The position numbers were made by a program, and so were the translations under genes. The notes beneath the pieces are model-generated. The model did no database searches. It was given only the letters and a program-made list of their open reading frames with translations, and was not told where the DNA came from. A DNA stretch of 64,000 nt, from NCBI GenBank assembly GCA_016178045.1, contig JACOUE010000019.1:1377-65376 (forward strand), written 5' to 3'. This stretch comes from Chloroflexota bacterium (GTDB taxonomy: Bacteria; Chloroflexota; Dehalococcoidia; SM23-28-2; JACOUE01). This document shows positions 1-9,251 of the stretch, in pieces. Each line of letters begins with the position of its first letter. The stretch's first letter is position 1.

Positions 1-1
1 C

Positions 2-817
2 CTCCAGCGCATCGTGGAGGAGGACCCCAGCCTGAGGCTGGGGCGGAACCAGGACACCGGCGAGACCGTCCTCTCCGGTCTGGGCGAATCGCACGTGGAG
101 GTGGCGCTGGAGAAGATCCGCCGTAAGTTCGGCGTCGACCTGGAGATGGGGATGCCGAAGGTGCCTTACAAGGAGACGATCACGGCGAAGGCCCAGGCGG
201 AGTACGTCCACAAGAAGCAGACAGGCGGCCACGGCCAGTACGCCCGCGTCGCTATCGAGCTGGAGCCGCTAGCCCGCGGCAGCGGCTTCGAGTTCACCAA
301 CCGGATCGTGGGCGGCGTGGTGCCCAAGCAGTACATATCTTCCGTGGAGAAGGGCGTGCTGGAGGCGTTGCAGGAGGGCGTGCTGGCCCGCTACCCGCTG
401 ATCGACATGCGGGTCACGCTGTTCGACGGCAAGGACCACCCTGTCGACTCGTCCGACATCGCCTTCAAGGTCGCCGGCTCGATGGCGCTGAAGAAGGGGG
501 CGCAGGACGCCCAGCCCGTGCTCCTGGAGCCCATCATGAACATGAGCATCACCGTCCCGGACGCCAACACCGGCGACGTCATCAGCGACCTCAACGGCAA
601 GCGGGCCCGGGTGCTGGGCATGAACCCGGACGGCCCCGGCCTGACGACCATCGAAGCGCAGGCCCCGCTCGCCGAGGTCCAGCGCTACGCCGCCGACCTG
701 CGCTCTATCACCCAGGGCCGCGGCCGCTACAGCATGTCGTTCGACCGCTACGAGGAAGTGCCGCAGCACGCGGCCCAGCGCGTCATCGAGCAGGCGCAGA
801 CGGCCCAGAAGGCGTAG
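2..817 (+). CDS. fusA: Elongation factor G family GTPase, C-terminal part (5' end outside window)
   Basis: The frame is open from base 2 (LQRIVEEDPSLRL...). EF-G domain IV/V-like sequence runs through ORF 14..817. Confidence 0.85.
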   Translation, partial: LQRIVEEDPSLRLGRNQDTGETVLSGLGESHVEVALEKIRRKFGVDLEMGMPKVPYKETITAKAQAEYVHKKQTGGHGQYARVAIELEPLARGSGFEFTNRIVGGVVPKQYISSVEKGVLEALQEGVLARYPLIDMRVTLFDGKDHPVDSSDIAFKVAGSMALKKGAQDAQPVLLEPIMNMSITVPDANTGDVISDLNGKRARVLGMNPDGPGLTTIEAQAPLAEVQRYAADLRSITQGRGRYSMSFDRYEEVPQHAAQRVIEQAQTAQKA

Positions 818-823
818 CTCCGG

Positions 824-1392
824 TCAGAGCGACGAGGCGCGCACTTCCAGCTCCGGCGGTATGGCGTATCCCCGCCGTGGGTAGTTCCTTATCAGCTCCT
901 GGCCGCCGTCCAGCTGCCGGACTTTGGCCCGGAGGTTGCGGACGTGGGCCCTGACCACCTCGCCCGAGCCGGTGCCCGGGGGCCAGCCCCACACGTCCTC
1001 CAGCAGCTGGTCCGACGACACGGGGCTGCCCCGGTGTTCGATCAGATAGTGGACCAGCCTGAACTCCGTAGGGGTCAGGGATACCGAGCCGCCTTCCCCT
1101 TCCAGCTGGCCCTTGTCGCCGTAAAGCCTGAACGAACCAATGGAGACGGTGGACTCGTTGCCGTTGCGCGGCACCGGGGCTAGCGCCTCCCGCAGCTCGC
1201 CCTCCCGGAACGGCGTCCTTAGCACGCCGAATTGGCCGAGCGCGGCGTACGGCTCGCACCACGACAGGTCGGCTTGCTCTTCCGCCAGGAGCACGACCCG
1301 GGCCTGCGCCCGGGCGCAGGCCTCGACGTGGGGCCCAGCGCCCGCAGGATCACCTGGCGGGCGAGGGCGCTATCAGCGACGATGAGTATCAT
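824..1392 (-). pseudogene. OmpR/PhoB-type winged-helix response regulator with an apparent 1-nt frameshift near 1330-1336
   Basis: The C-terminal DNA-binding domain lies in ORF 824..1294 (LTPTEFRLVHYL...RRGYAI). The N-terminus MILIVADSALARQVILRALGP (ATG 1392) is in the frame of ORF 1219..1431. The two frames meet at a GGGGCCC run. Confidence 0.6.
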
Positions 1393-1408
1393 TTCGACCT
1401 CCAGAGCA

Positions 1409-1978
1409 CTATGGCCAGCCCGTTTCCGCAACCATCAGGTCCCGCAGCCTCCTCAGGGCCCGGAACAGGCCGACACGCGCGTTCACCACGGTGATTCCCA
1501 TCACCTGGGCGATCTCCGCGTACGACAGCTCGCCCTCGAACTTCAGCGAGAGGAGCTGGCGGTCTCGCTCGGGCAGGCCAAGCATCAGGGCCATGAGGGT
1601 GCGCGTCCTCTCCTTGCTGAGGGTGCGTTCCTCCGGTCCCGGTTCGGCGCGCTGGGGGGTTCGCCCCAACCGTTTCTGCCCCTCCGTCTGCCGTTTTTGT
1701 TCCCGGTAGTCGGCGATGATGACGTTCCTGGCAATGGTGAAGAGCCAGGTGGGGTATGCCTTCGCCTCGCGCACCGTGTGACCCTTGGTGTAGGCGCGTT
1801 CGAAGATCTCGGCGGTGAGGTCCTTGGTCCGGTCCACGTCGCCGACGCGGGAATAGACGAAGGCGAATACCCGGGGGTAGTAGGCCTGGTAAGTCTCGGC
1901 GAAGGCGGCTTTGCGCCGCCGGCTTGAAGGAGACTCGGCGGCCTCCTTCTCCGTCGTCTGCCCTCGCATCTCCCGCAC
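1409..1978 (-). CDS. ECF-type sigma-70 family RNA polymerase sigma factor
   Basis: Region 2 (YYPRVFAFVYSRV...DLTAEIF) and a region 4 HTH (LSYAEIAQVMGITVVNARVGLFRALRRL) are present. Confidence 0.85.
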   Translation of the reverse strand: MREMRGQTTEKEAAESPSSRRRKAAFAETYQAYYPRVFAFVYSRVGDVDRTKDLTAEIFERAYTKGHTVREAKAYPTWLFTIARNVIIADYREQKRQTEGQKRLGRTPQRAEPGPEERTLSKERTRTLMALMLGLPERDRQLLSLKFEGELSYAEIAQVMGITVVNARVGLFRALRRLRDLMVAETGWP

Positions 1979-2075
1979 CCTCCTCCTTTTGTTCCCAGGC
2001 CCGGATGTAGGGCGGCGGGCCGTAGCGGTTCCCGCTGTCGGCCCGTCGCCGGGGCCGCTCTTCCCCGGCCAAGGT

Positions 2076-2345
2076 TCAGCCAGCCAGGACCTCCGGAGGC
2101 CAGGGCTGGGCCTGTCGGAGCAGTTTCGCTATCGCCAGGAGCGGCCTGATGTCCCGCTTCGCGTCGGGGTAGCGTGCGGACAGGAGGTCGATGTTCTGCT
2201 CGCCCCGCTCCATCGCCTCGAGGCACTCGGCGAGGACGTCGGCGAGGCGGACCTCCTGGTTGCTGGGCGAACGGAATGCCGCTTCGCGGCCCGCCGCTGT
2301 CTCGCGAGCTGAGCTGGCCTCCGCTTGTAGACTTCGATAACGCAT
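2076..2345 (-). CDS. Small protein resembling an anti-sigma factor N-terminal domain
   Basis: This 89-aa ORF sits directly upstream of the sigma gene. LAECLEAMERGE..LLSARYPD parallels LNECLRQLEASGD..CLARHPE of the protein at 58217. No TM segment is present. Confidence 0.45.
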   Translation of the reverse strand: MRYRSLQAEASSARETAAGREAAFRSPSNQEVRLADVLAECLEAMERGEQNIDLLSARYPDAKRDIRPLLAIAKLLRQAQPWPPEVLAG

Positions 2346-2671
2346 CTCGTCCTCCCGCCTGCCTAGCCCGGCCAGGTATGACGTTCCGGTTCTTTGAGTG
2401 TAGGCGGGTGACCCGCTACGGCCACAATGGCCGCAGCGCCAGTTTCTTGCTGACCCATGCGTCAGCGATTGGCTGACCGCCGGTAAGCGAAGCGCTGACG
2501 GGAGGGGGGAGGTCGCGCCTATGGGCAGCGCTTAGCGGGGATAAAGTTAAGGCAGATGCCAGTTTACGGGCATTCGCGGTCTACTTAGAGGCTGGCAGGC
2601 GAGCCTCTATAAGCGGGGCGTAACGTTCCGCAATCTGGGGCGTCCCTTCTAGGGCAGGCGAAGGAGACGTT

Positions 2672-3349
2672 ATGGAAGACAAGATCCGGGTGTACATCGT
2701 CGCGGAGTTTGAGCCGTTGCGGGTGGGGCTGGTGGGCAGCATCGCCGCCGTACCCGACATGGAAGTGGTGGGCGAGGCGTCGTCGATGGAGGGGATGGTA
2801 CTGGGCGATGGCCACCGCGGGGCGGACATACTCCTGGTGGACGTGGAGGCGCTGAACCGCGCCAACATGCCAGCGCTGGAGGGCCGGCTCAACGAGTGGA
2901 TGCCCGGCCTTAAGGTTCTGTTCCTCGGCACCCAGCAGGACGCGGCCAACATCCAGGCGGAGGATATCCCCGCGTACATGAGCCTGGACGCCGTGGGGTT
3001 CCTGCTCAAGGACGGACCTGTCGACCGCCTCATCCTGGCGATGCGCATGCTGGCCTGCGGCGCCTTCGTCTGCGAGATGGACGCCATCAAGCGCATCCTC
3101 ACCCGCCTTACCCGGTGGGCCAGCTACAGCGGGGGCGAGCAGACCGGGCAGCTGTCCGACCGCGAGATGGAGGTGCTGCTGCTGGTCGCCCGGGCGAAGG
3201 CAAACAAGGAGATCGCCCAGGAGCTGTTCCTATCGGAGGGGACGGTCCGCGCCCACGTCACCCACATAATGGCGAAGCTGGGGGTAGAGCGGCGGACGGA
3301 GCTGGTGCGGTACGCCCTGGCGCGGGGCCTGTCCCCGCTCGAAGAGTAG
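2672..3349 (+). CDS. LuxR/NarL-family response regulator (atypical receiver)
   Basis: The C-terminal LuxR HTH reads LSDREMEVLLLVARAKANKEIAQELFLSEGTVRAHVTHIMAKLG. In the receiver, the usual DD pair is replaced by AE (VYIVAEFEP). Confidence 0.8.
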   Translation: MEDKIRVYIVAEFEPLRVGLVGSIAAVPDMEVVGEASSMEGMVLGDGHRGADILLVDVEALNRANMPALEGRLNEWMPGLKVLFLGTQQDAANIQAEDIPAYMSLDAVGFLLKDGPVDRLILAMRMLACGAFVCEMDAIKRILTRLTRWASYSGGEQTGQLSDREMEVLLLVARAKANKEIAQELFLSEGTVRAHVTHIMAKLGVERRTELVRYALARGLSPLEE

Positions 3350-3667
3350 CTACGGCGACGGCTCGGTCGCGACGATATCCGCGTCCACGATCTTCCACTC
3401 GCTGCCGACGCGGCTCCAGCGGGCGCGGACGGTGAAGCTGGTGGGGCCGATGTACTTCACGTCGTACAGGTGGTCGTCGCCGTCGGGCTGGTTGCCCAGC
3501 ACCTCGTAGCCGGAGATCTGGAGGGCGGCGCCGCCGCCGGCGGCGGAGGCCTGTAGCTTCATCATCGCCTCCGGCATCAGGTCGTTCATGATCTGGCCGA
3601 TGTCCATGGTGACGATTGCCTTGGCGTGGCGGTGGACGGCGTCCTCCACGGGCAATTCCTGGGTCAT
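3350..3667 (-). CDS. Hypothetical small protein (105 aa)
   Basis: ORF track only. The amino-acid composition looks like a real protein, and the gene is convergent with the LuxR gene. No family was recognised. Confidence 0.45.
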   Translation of the reverse strand: MTQELPVEDAVHRHAKAIVTMDIGQIMNDLMPEAMMKLQASAAGGGAALQISGYEVLGNQPDGDDHLYDVKYIGPTSFTVRARWSRVGSEWKIVDADIVATEPSP

Positions 3668-3855
3668 GCTCTTCTCCTCCGAAGAATTGACGATGGCGCT
3701 CGCAAGGCAATATAGGGGGCGCGGCAGGCGGTGTCAACGCTGACCGCCGGCCGCGACAAAAAATCAAAAGAGATAATCGCCTTATCCTTTACCCCCTCCT
3801 GTGGCGGTGCTATAATCGCGCTGGATACAGACGCTCGGCGAAGGGAGCCCTCCGC

Positions 3856-4650
3856 ATGGTCAACATCATCCGCGAACCCCGCGTCTATCTTGTCGGCCGC
3901 CAGGCGATGGACGACGCCGCCCTCCAGCGCTTCCTCGACCAGTACGGCCTGACCTGGCAGACCGACACGGAGGTGGGCGGCGAGAAGCTCGTCGAGGCCG
4001 GCGGCCGCGTCTGCTACCTCTCGTTCGGCAAGGGCCGCAAGACCAACGCCGAGTACATCGGCAACCTCATCTCCATGAAGCATGGCTCCGTCCTGGAGCA
4101 CGCGTCCTGGGACTTCATCTTCGCCGGGGTCTCCCGCTCCTTCTCGCACGAGCTGGTGCGCCACCGCGCCGGCTGGGCCTACTCCCAGCTCTCGCAGCGT
4201 TACGTGGACGAGTCCACGGCCAACTTCGTCGAGCCCGGCATCATCGCCGAGGACGAGGGGCTCCACGCCGTCTGGCTGCGGGCGGTCGAGGCCTCCCACC
4301 AGGCCTACATCGAGCTGGTAGAGGGGCTGATGGAGAAGCTCCGCAACGGCCAGAGACCGGCGGAGACGGTGCAGGACCGCACCCACCTGCGCAAGCTGGC
4401 CCGCGAGGCGGCGCGCTCCGTCCTCCCCAACGCCACGGAGACCATCATCTTCGCGTCGGCGAACGCGCGGGCGCTGCGCCACTTCATCGAGCTGCGGGGG
4501 TCGGGGTGGGCGGAGGCGGAGATCCGCCGGGTGGCGATCCAGGTGCTGCGTCTCATGCAGGCGGAGGCGCCGACGCTCTTCGGCGACTACGAGATCGTGC
4601 GCCTGGACGACGGCACGGAGGTGGCGCGGACGCAGTTCGAGAAGGTGTGA
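3856..4650 (+). CDS. thyX: Flavin-dependent thymidylate synthase ThyX
   Basis: The ThyX signature RHRAGWAYSQLSQRY (RHR..S....S.R) is present. An extended -10 TGCTATAAT lies near 3806-3815. Confidence 0.9.
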   Translation: MVNIIREPRVYLVGRQAMDDAALQRFLDQYGLTWQTDTEVGGEKLVEAGGRVCYLSFGKGRKTNAEYIGNLISMKHGSVLEHASWDFIFAGVSRSFSHELVRHRAGWAYSQLSQRYVDESTANFVEPGIIAEDEGLHAVWLRAVEASHQAYIELVEGLMEKLRNGQRPAETVQDRTHLRKLAREAARSVLPNATETIIFASANARALRHFIELRGSGWAEAEIRRVAIQVLRLMQAEAPTLFGDYEIVRLDDGTEVARTQFEKV

Positions 4651-4665
4651 GGGGGCTAGGCGGCG

Positions 4666-5766
4666 GTGGTGGGTGCAGTGGCTGGGTCCTTCTTCGACGA
4701 ACCCGAGGAACAGTCGCTAGTCAAGGCCGACATAGTAGTTAGCTATTTCGACGCTTGGTCTCGCATCATGGTGAAGCGGGCCGAGCGGATTGGCTACTTC
4801 GACTTCTATGCAGGTCCAGGCCGCTACGCGGCTGGCCGAAGGTCGACGCCGCTTCTTATCATGGAGCGCGCCATTGCATCGAACGACCTCTCCTCGCGCT
4901 TGGTTACCATTTTCAACGATGCCAATCCGGACTACACGAGCTCTTTAGAGTCTGAGATAAAGGGATTAGCGGGTATTGAACGCCTCAAATACCAACCCCA
5001 GGTCGTCACGGGTGAAGTGAACGATGACTTGGCCCAGCAGTTCGAGGAGATCAAGACGATCCCCTCTCTCAGCTTCGTAGACCCATGGGGCTATAGGGGT
5101 CTTTCGCTAAGGCTAATCCGAGCGGTCATCAAAGACTGGGGCTGTGAGGTGATCTTCTTCTTCAACTACAACCGCATCAACATGGGCATCAACAACAACC
5201 TTGTAGAGCCTCACATGCAGGCGCTGTTGGGACAACAGCGCCTGAAGGAGGTACGTGCGGACATGGCGTCGCTTCGCCCGGATGCTCGAGAAAGTAGGCT
5301 GATGCGGGCTACAGGAGAGGCTTTAGAAGAGATGGGCGCGCCCTACCTTATCCCCTTCAGGTTCCGCAGGCGGGAAGGCAGGGTGAGCCACTACATTTGC
5401 TTCGTTACTAAGCACCCGCTCGGCTACAGCATCATGAAGGAGATTATGGCCTCCCGTGGAGTGGTCGACGACGATGCAGTTCCCCGGTTCGAGTACATGC
5501 CGCGCACTGCCGGCATGCAACTGGCCTTTGATCGGCCCCGGCCGATCGTTGCCCTTCCTCAACAACTTTGTGCGGCGTTCGTCGGCCAGACCCTTACTCT
5601 GAAAGAGGTTTACGCCCGGCATAATGTCGGGACGCCCTTCATAAAGCGGAACTACAAGAAGGTTCTTATCGAGATGGAGCGGGCGCGTCAGATAGCTTGC
5701 GACCCAAACTACGATTCACGCAAGCCGGGCACAATCGCGGACCATGTGTTAGTAACGTTCCCCTAA
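4666..5766 (+). CDS. tcmP: Three-Cys-motif partner protein TcmP-like (function unknown; methyltransferase-like motifs)
   Basis: It lies next to a DUF5131 gene. It carries FDFYAGPGRY and SFVDPWGY motifs. GC is about 50%. Family assignment is from memory of TIGR04474 and was not searched. Confidence 0.65.
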   Translation: MVGAVAGSFFDEPEEQSLVKADIVVSYFDAWSRIMVKRAERIGYFDFYAGPGRYAAGRRSTPLLIMERAIASNDLSSRLVTIFNDANPDYTSSLESEIKGLAGIERLKYQPQVVTGEVNDDLAQQFEEIKTIPSLSFVDPWGYRGLSLRLIRAVIKDWGCEVIFFFNYNRINMGINNNLVEPHMQALLGQQRLKEVRADMASLRPDARESRLMRATGEALEEMGAPYLIPFRFRRREGRVSHYICFVTKHPLGYSIMKEIMASRGVVDDDAVPRFEYMPRTAGMQLAFDRPRPIVALPQQLCAAFVGQTLTLKEVYARHNVGTPFIKRNYKKVLIEMERARQIACDPNYDSRKPGTIADHVLVTFP

Positions 5767-6492
5767 AGGTCTTGGCATTGCGTCCCATAGCCGGCCATCT
5801 AACAGGCGGCCAGATCTCGTCTTCCCGACCCGTTCCCCGACCTCGTTATGTGCCCCCCACTGCTTGAAGAAGAAGGCTACGCCCTGCGCCTGGCACTGCG
5901 CGCGTATGTGGCGTGCCCACTCGGCCTTCATGGGTCTCGCACGGGCGCCGCTTTCACCTCCCACGATCACCCAGTTAATGCCTCGCAGGTCCAGGGTGAG
6001 GGGACCTAGAAGCGGCTCGCAAGACAGGAAGCGGATCTTCGCCGGTACACAGCGAAGGTCATCGACTCTGGCGGTCCAACGTTGATTCTCGACGGACACC
6101 CCCATCCAGACATTCCGGGGCCAGGGCAGGCGCGGAGCCAGTTCGGCCATGCGCTCGGAGCGCTTCGTGAGGATCTGGAATGTATGCCAGTGGGCTTTTC
6201 GCATTACATGAAAGACCGACCTGATGTAAGCCTGTGGGATATCTTCGTGGAATAGGTCGCTCATCGAGTTCACAAAAATCGTCCGTGGCTGGACCCAGTT
6301 GAGGGGTTGCTCAAGACGCTCCGGGCGCAGTTGCAGGTCAAACCCACGCTCGTACGGGTGGCCGTGGACGCCCCTGAACCGCTCAGCGAAAGTCTCCGCG
6401 TAACAATGAGCACAGCCAGGGCTGACCTTCGTGCACCCCGTCACCGGGTTCCACGTAGCTTCGGTCCACTCGATTGAAGAGCGCTCCGCCAT
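5749..6492 (-). CDS. DUF5131 / phage Gp37-Gp68 family protein (three Cys motifs)
   Basis: The start is ATG 6492 with a GAGGG RBS. The N-terminus MAERSSIEWTEATWNPVTGCTKVSPGCAHCYAE is the family hallmark. SCEPLLGP and VIVGGESG occur later. Confidence 0.8.
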   Translation of the reverse strand: MAERSSIEWTEATWNPVTGCTKVSPGCAHCYAETFAERFRGVHGHPYERGFDLQLRPERLEQPLNWVQPRTIFVNSMSDLFHEDIPQAYIRSVFHVMRKAHWHTFQILTKRSERMAELAPRLPWPRNVWMGVSVENQRWTARVDDLRCVPAKIRFLSCEPLLGPLTLDLRGINWVIVGGESGARARPMKAEWARHIRAQCQAQGVAFFFKQWGAHNEVGERVGKTRSGRLLDGRLWDAMPRPLGERY

Positions 6493-6570
6493 TTTGCCCT
6501 CTAGGCTAACTGAACCAGGATTCGCGTGCAATTATAGCACGTACGTTCGCCAGTAACGACATGTGCGAAG

Positions 6571-7476
6571 TTGCGCTATTATATCCCTGCCGTGCCCGCC
6601 CAAGTCATCGACGGCAAAGCCATCGCCGCCGACATCCGCCGCGAGGTCGCCCAGCGCGTCCGCCGCCTCCACGACGCCCGCGGGGTGACCCCCGGCCTCG
6701 CCTTCGTGCTGGTGGGCGACAACCCCTCGTCGCTCTCCTACGTGCGGTCCAAGGGCCAGGCGGCCGAGGAGGCCGGCATCTTCTCCGAGACCTTCCACCT
6801 CCCCGAGTCCATCGCCCAGGACCTCCTGCTCTCCCGCGTCCTCGACCTGAACGACGACCGGCGCTTCCACGCCATCCTCGTCCAGCTGCCGCTGCCGCCG
6901 CACCTGAACGAGCACGTCGTCATCGACGCCATCGACCCGGTGAAGGACGTCGACGGCGTGACGCCGGTGAGCATGGGCCGCCTCCTCCGGGGCGAAGCGT
7001 CGTGCCAGCCCTGCACCCCTCGCGGTGTCGTCGAGCTGCTGGTGCGCTCCGGCCACCCGCCGGACGGCAAGCACGTGGTAGTCTGCGGCCGCTCCAACAT
7101 CGTGGGGAAGCCGCTGGCCGCCATCCTGATGCAGAAGCGGTCCGGGGCCAACGCCACCGTCACCGTGTGCCATACGGGTACGAAAGACCTGGCCGACTTC
7201 ACCCGCCGGGCGGACATCTTGGTGGCGGCGATGGGCAGCCCTCTCGCCATCACCGCCGACATGGTGAAGCCGGGCGCGGTGGTCGTCGACGTGGGGAACA
7301 ACTGGATCGAAGACCCGGGCCGCCAGTCGGGGCGGCGCCTGGTGGGCGACGTGGAGTTCGAGGGCGTGAGCAAGGTGGCGGCGGCGATCACGCCGGTGCC
7401 CGGCGGGGTCGGCCCCATGACGGTGGCGATGCTCCTCTGGAACACCGTCACCCTGGCCGAGCAGCAGTCGGGCTAG
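6571..7476 (+). CDS. folD: Bifunctional methylenetetrahydrofolate dehydrogenase/cyclohydrolase FolD
   Basis: VIDGKAIAADIRREV...ILVQLPLPPH...GRSNIVGKPLA...TPVPGGVGPMTVAML. The true start may be GTG 6592. Confidence 0.9.
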   Translation: MRYYIPAVPAQVIDGKAIAADIRREVAQRVRRLHDARGVTPGLAFVLVGDNPSSLSYVRSKGQAAEEAGIFSETFHLPESIAQDLLLSRVLDLNDDRRFHAILVQLPLPPHLNEHVVIDAIDPVKDVDGVTPVSMGRLLRGEASCQPCTPRGVVELLVRSGHPPDGKHVVVCGRSNIVGKPLAAILMQKRSGANATVTVCHTGTKDLADFTRRADILVAAMGSPLAITADMVKPGAVVVDVGNNWIEDPGRQSGRRLVGDVEFEGVSKVAAAITPVPGGVGPMTVAMLLWNTVTLAEQQSG

Positions 7477-7904
7477 GAATCAGGCCGGGCGGCGCACCAG
7501 GCCAGGAGGGCGTCGTACAGAGGCCACTGCCGTTCCTGGGCCTCGAAGTCGTCCCGGCAGATCAGCTGGAACCCCTCGGCGATGGCCTTCAGCCCCGCGG
7601 ACTGCGCGGTCACCCCTATATCCTCAGCGATGTCGGCCCCGTGCACGATGCGGGCCAGCCGCTCAAGCCCCGGCGCTTGTACTGCGAACTCCTCGATGAG
7701 GACCTCGAAGGTGCACTTGCCGTCGCGGTGGGTGTAACGAGCCTGCGGAGCGTCGAACGATATCGCCTGCTCGCGCTCCGCCACGGCGAGCACCCCATCC
7801 GCCACGACGAAGAGGAACTCGGCCTCGGGGTCGATGAACTTTCGGATCAGCCAGGGACAGGCCACTCTGTCCACCTTCACCCTCTCGCGGGTCACCCACT
7901 TCAT
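7473..7904 (-). CDS. ChrB C-terminal domain-like (chromate-resistance-associated) protein
   Basis: MKWVTRERVKVDRVACPWLIRKFIDPEAEFLFV begins at ATG 7904. It overlaps the MFS stop by ATGA. The longer ORF 7473..9197 is a spurious extension. Confidence 0.7.
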   Translation of the reverse strand: MKWVTRERVKVDRVACPWLIRKFIDPEAEFLFVVADGVLAVAEREQAISFDAPQARYTHRDGKCTFEVLIEEFAVQAPGLERLARIVHGADIAEDIGVTAQSAGLKAIAEGFQLICRDDFEAQERQWPLYDALLAWCAARPDS

Positions 7905-9151
7905 GTCGAGTCCCTCCTTGCCATTTCTGGTGACGGCGCCTCCTCCTGCAGCTCCACTCTTCGGAAGACCGCGTACAACGCCAGGTCGTACAAGATCTTG
8001 AGGCCTCCCCCTATGAAGAAGGGCACGCTCAGCGAGAAGGCGCCCATGACGTACCCCGCCAGGGACGGGCTCACGGCCTGGGTCACGGTCCTCGACATGT
8101 TGGTGGCCCCGGCCGCCGCCGTCCGCTCCTCCGGTGCCACCAGGGCGACCGTGTAGGCCTGGCGCGTCGGCACGTCCATCTGGGATAGCGACATGCGCCC
8201 CAGGTAGAACGCCAGGGCCAGCGGCAGGGTCGGCGCGACGGGCACCAGCATCAGCAGGACGTTGGAGGGCAGGTGGGTGAACACCATCGTGTTCAGGAGC
8301 CCGATCCGGTCGGCCAGGCGGGCCGCCACCAGGAAGGACGCGGCGCTCAGGACGCCGGACACGAAGAAGATGGTGCCGAGCGTCTCCAGGGGCAGGCCGA
8401 ACTTCTCGAAGAACCAGAGGGCGACGATGCTCTGGATGACAAACCCCCCGGCGAAGGAGTCGACGCCGAAGAGGAGCGCCAGGCCCGCCACCTTGCCCCG
8501 CGAGCGCCGCAGGCCGGTGCTCGGTGCCGCCGTCACCGCCGTCACCTCCACCTCGGGCGAGAGGGCGGTGAAGAGGAGGGTCGCCGCCACCGCCAGGCCG
8601 GCGTACACGACGAACATGACCCGCAGGGAGAACAGCGTGTCGAGGCCGAAAGCGGCCTCGAGGCCGGGCGGCAGGCCGCTGAAGAGGGCGCCGAAGGCGG
8701 CGGCGATGCTCCCCAGCAGGTTGTACAGGGCGAAGACGAACGTGCGCCGCTCGCGGGGGCAGGTCTGGGGGAGGATCGCCTGCTCCAGCGAGAGGAACGG
8801 CCCCACCTCGGTGGCCGTCGGGCTCACGGTGCCGATGACCGCGGCCGCGGCCAGCAGGGGGAACCCTTCGCCCACGGCGAAGATCACCCCGGCCCCCGCC
8901 ATCAGTACCCCCGTCGCCACCAGGAACCGCCGCCGTCCGACCCGGTCCGCCACGAAGCTGGCGATGAGGGTGGCGATGGCCCCGCCCACGATGGCCAGGG
9001 AGAAGACGGCGCCCGTCTCCAGGTTGCTGAAACCCTGCTCCTTCAGGTATATGCCCAGGAGGACGGCCAGCATGCCGTAGGCGAAGCTGCGGACGGCGCG
9101 GGCGGCCAGGATGCGCAGGCCGTCGCCGCTGAGCCAGGAGAGGGCGGGCAT
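7901..9151 (-). CDS. MFS transporter
   Basis: The 416-aa protein has about 12 hydrophobic segments and the MFS loop motif ADRVGRRR. Confidence 0.85.
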   Translation of the reverse strand: MPALSWLSGDGLRILAARAVRSFAYGMLAVLLGIYLKEQGFSNLETGAVFSLAIVGGAIATLIASFVADRVGRRRFLVATGVLMAGAGVIFAVGEGFPLLAAAAVIGTVSPTATEVGPFLSLEQAILPQTCPRERRTFVFALYNLLGSIAAAFGALFSGLPPGLEAAFGLDTLFSLRVMFVVYAGLAVAATLLFTALSPEVEVTAVTAAPSTGLRRSRGKVAGLALLFGVDSFAGGFVIQSIVALWFFEKFGLPLETLGTIFFVSGVLSAASFLVAARLADRIGLLNTMVFTHLPSNVLLMLVPVAPTLPLALAFYLGRMSLSQMDVPTRQAYTVALVAPEERTAAAGATNMSRTVTQAVSPSLAGYVMGAFSLSVPFFIGGGLKILYDLALYAVFRRVELQEEAPSPEMARRDST

Positions 9152-9251
9152 CGCCAGTCCAGTCTATCCCGAGCCGGGGACGCGAGAAAGGCCGCAAAGG
9201 GAAGGCGGCGCGAGCTGCCGCCCGCGCCGCCTGATACCGCGTCGCGCTCGA

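Noticed and set aside
6561-8156. Very long ORFs antisense to, or out of frame with, recognisable genes (6561..8156+, 11991..13400-, 23950..25623+, 27396..29174+, 46265..48403+, 50008..52005+, 56300..57310-).
   Set aside because: Their translations are R/G/P/A/H-rich low-complexity strings. They overlap well-conserved genes on the other strand or frame. High GC suppresses stop codons, so they are treated as artefacts.
7905-9197. Upstream extensions of ORFs 7473..9197, 37748..39460, 44295..46631 and 59818..61596.
   Set aside because: Only the C-terminal parts look like real proteins (ChrB-like, Dxr, NIF3-NadC', DUF1786). The extensions run through neighbouring genes (MFS, cdsA, nadB, secreted protein) in another frame and have arginine/proline-rich composition.
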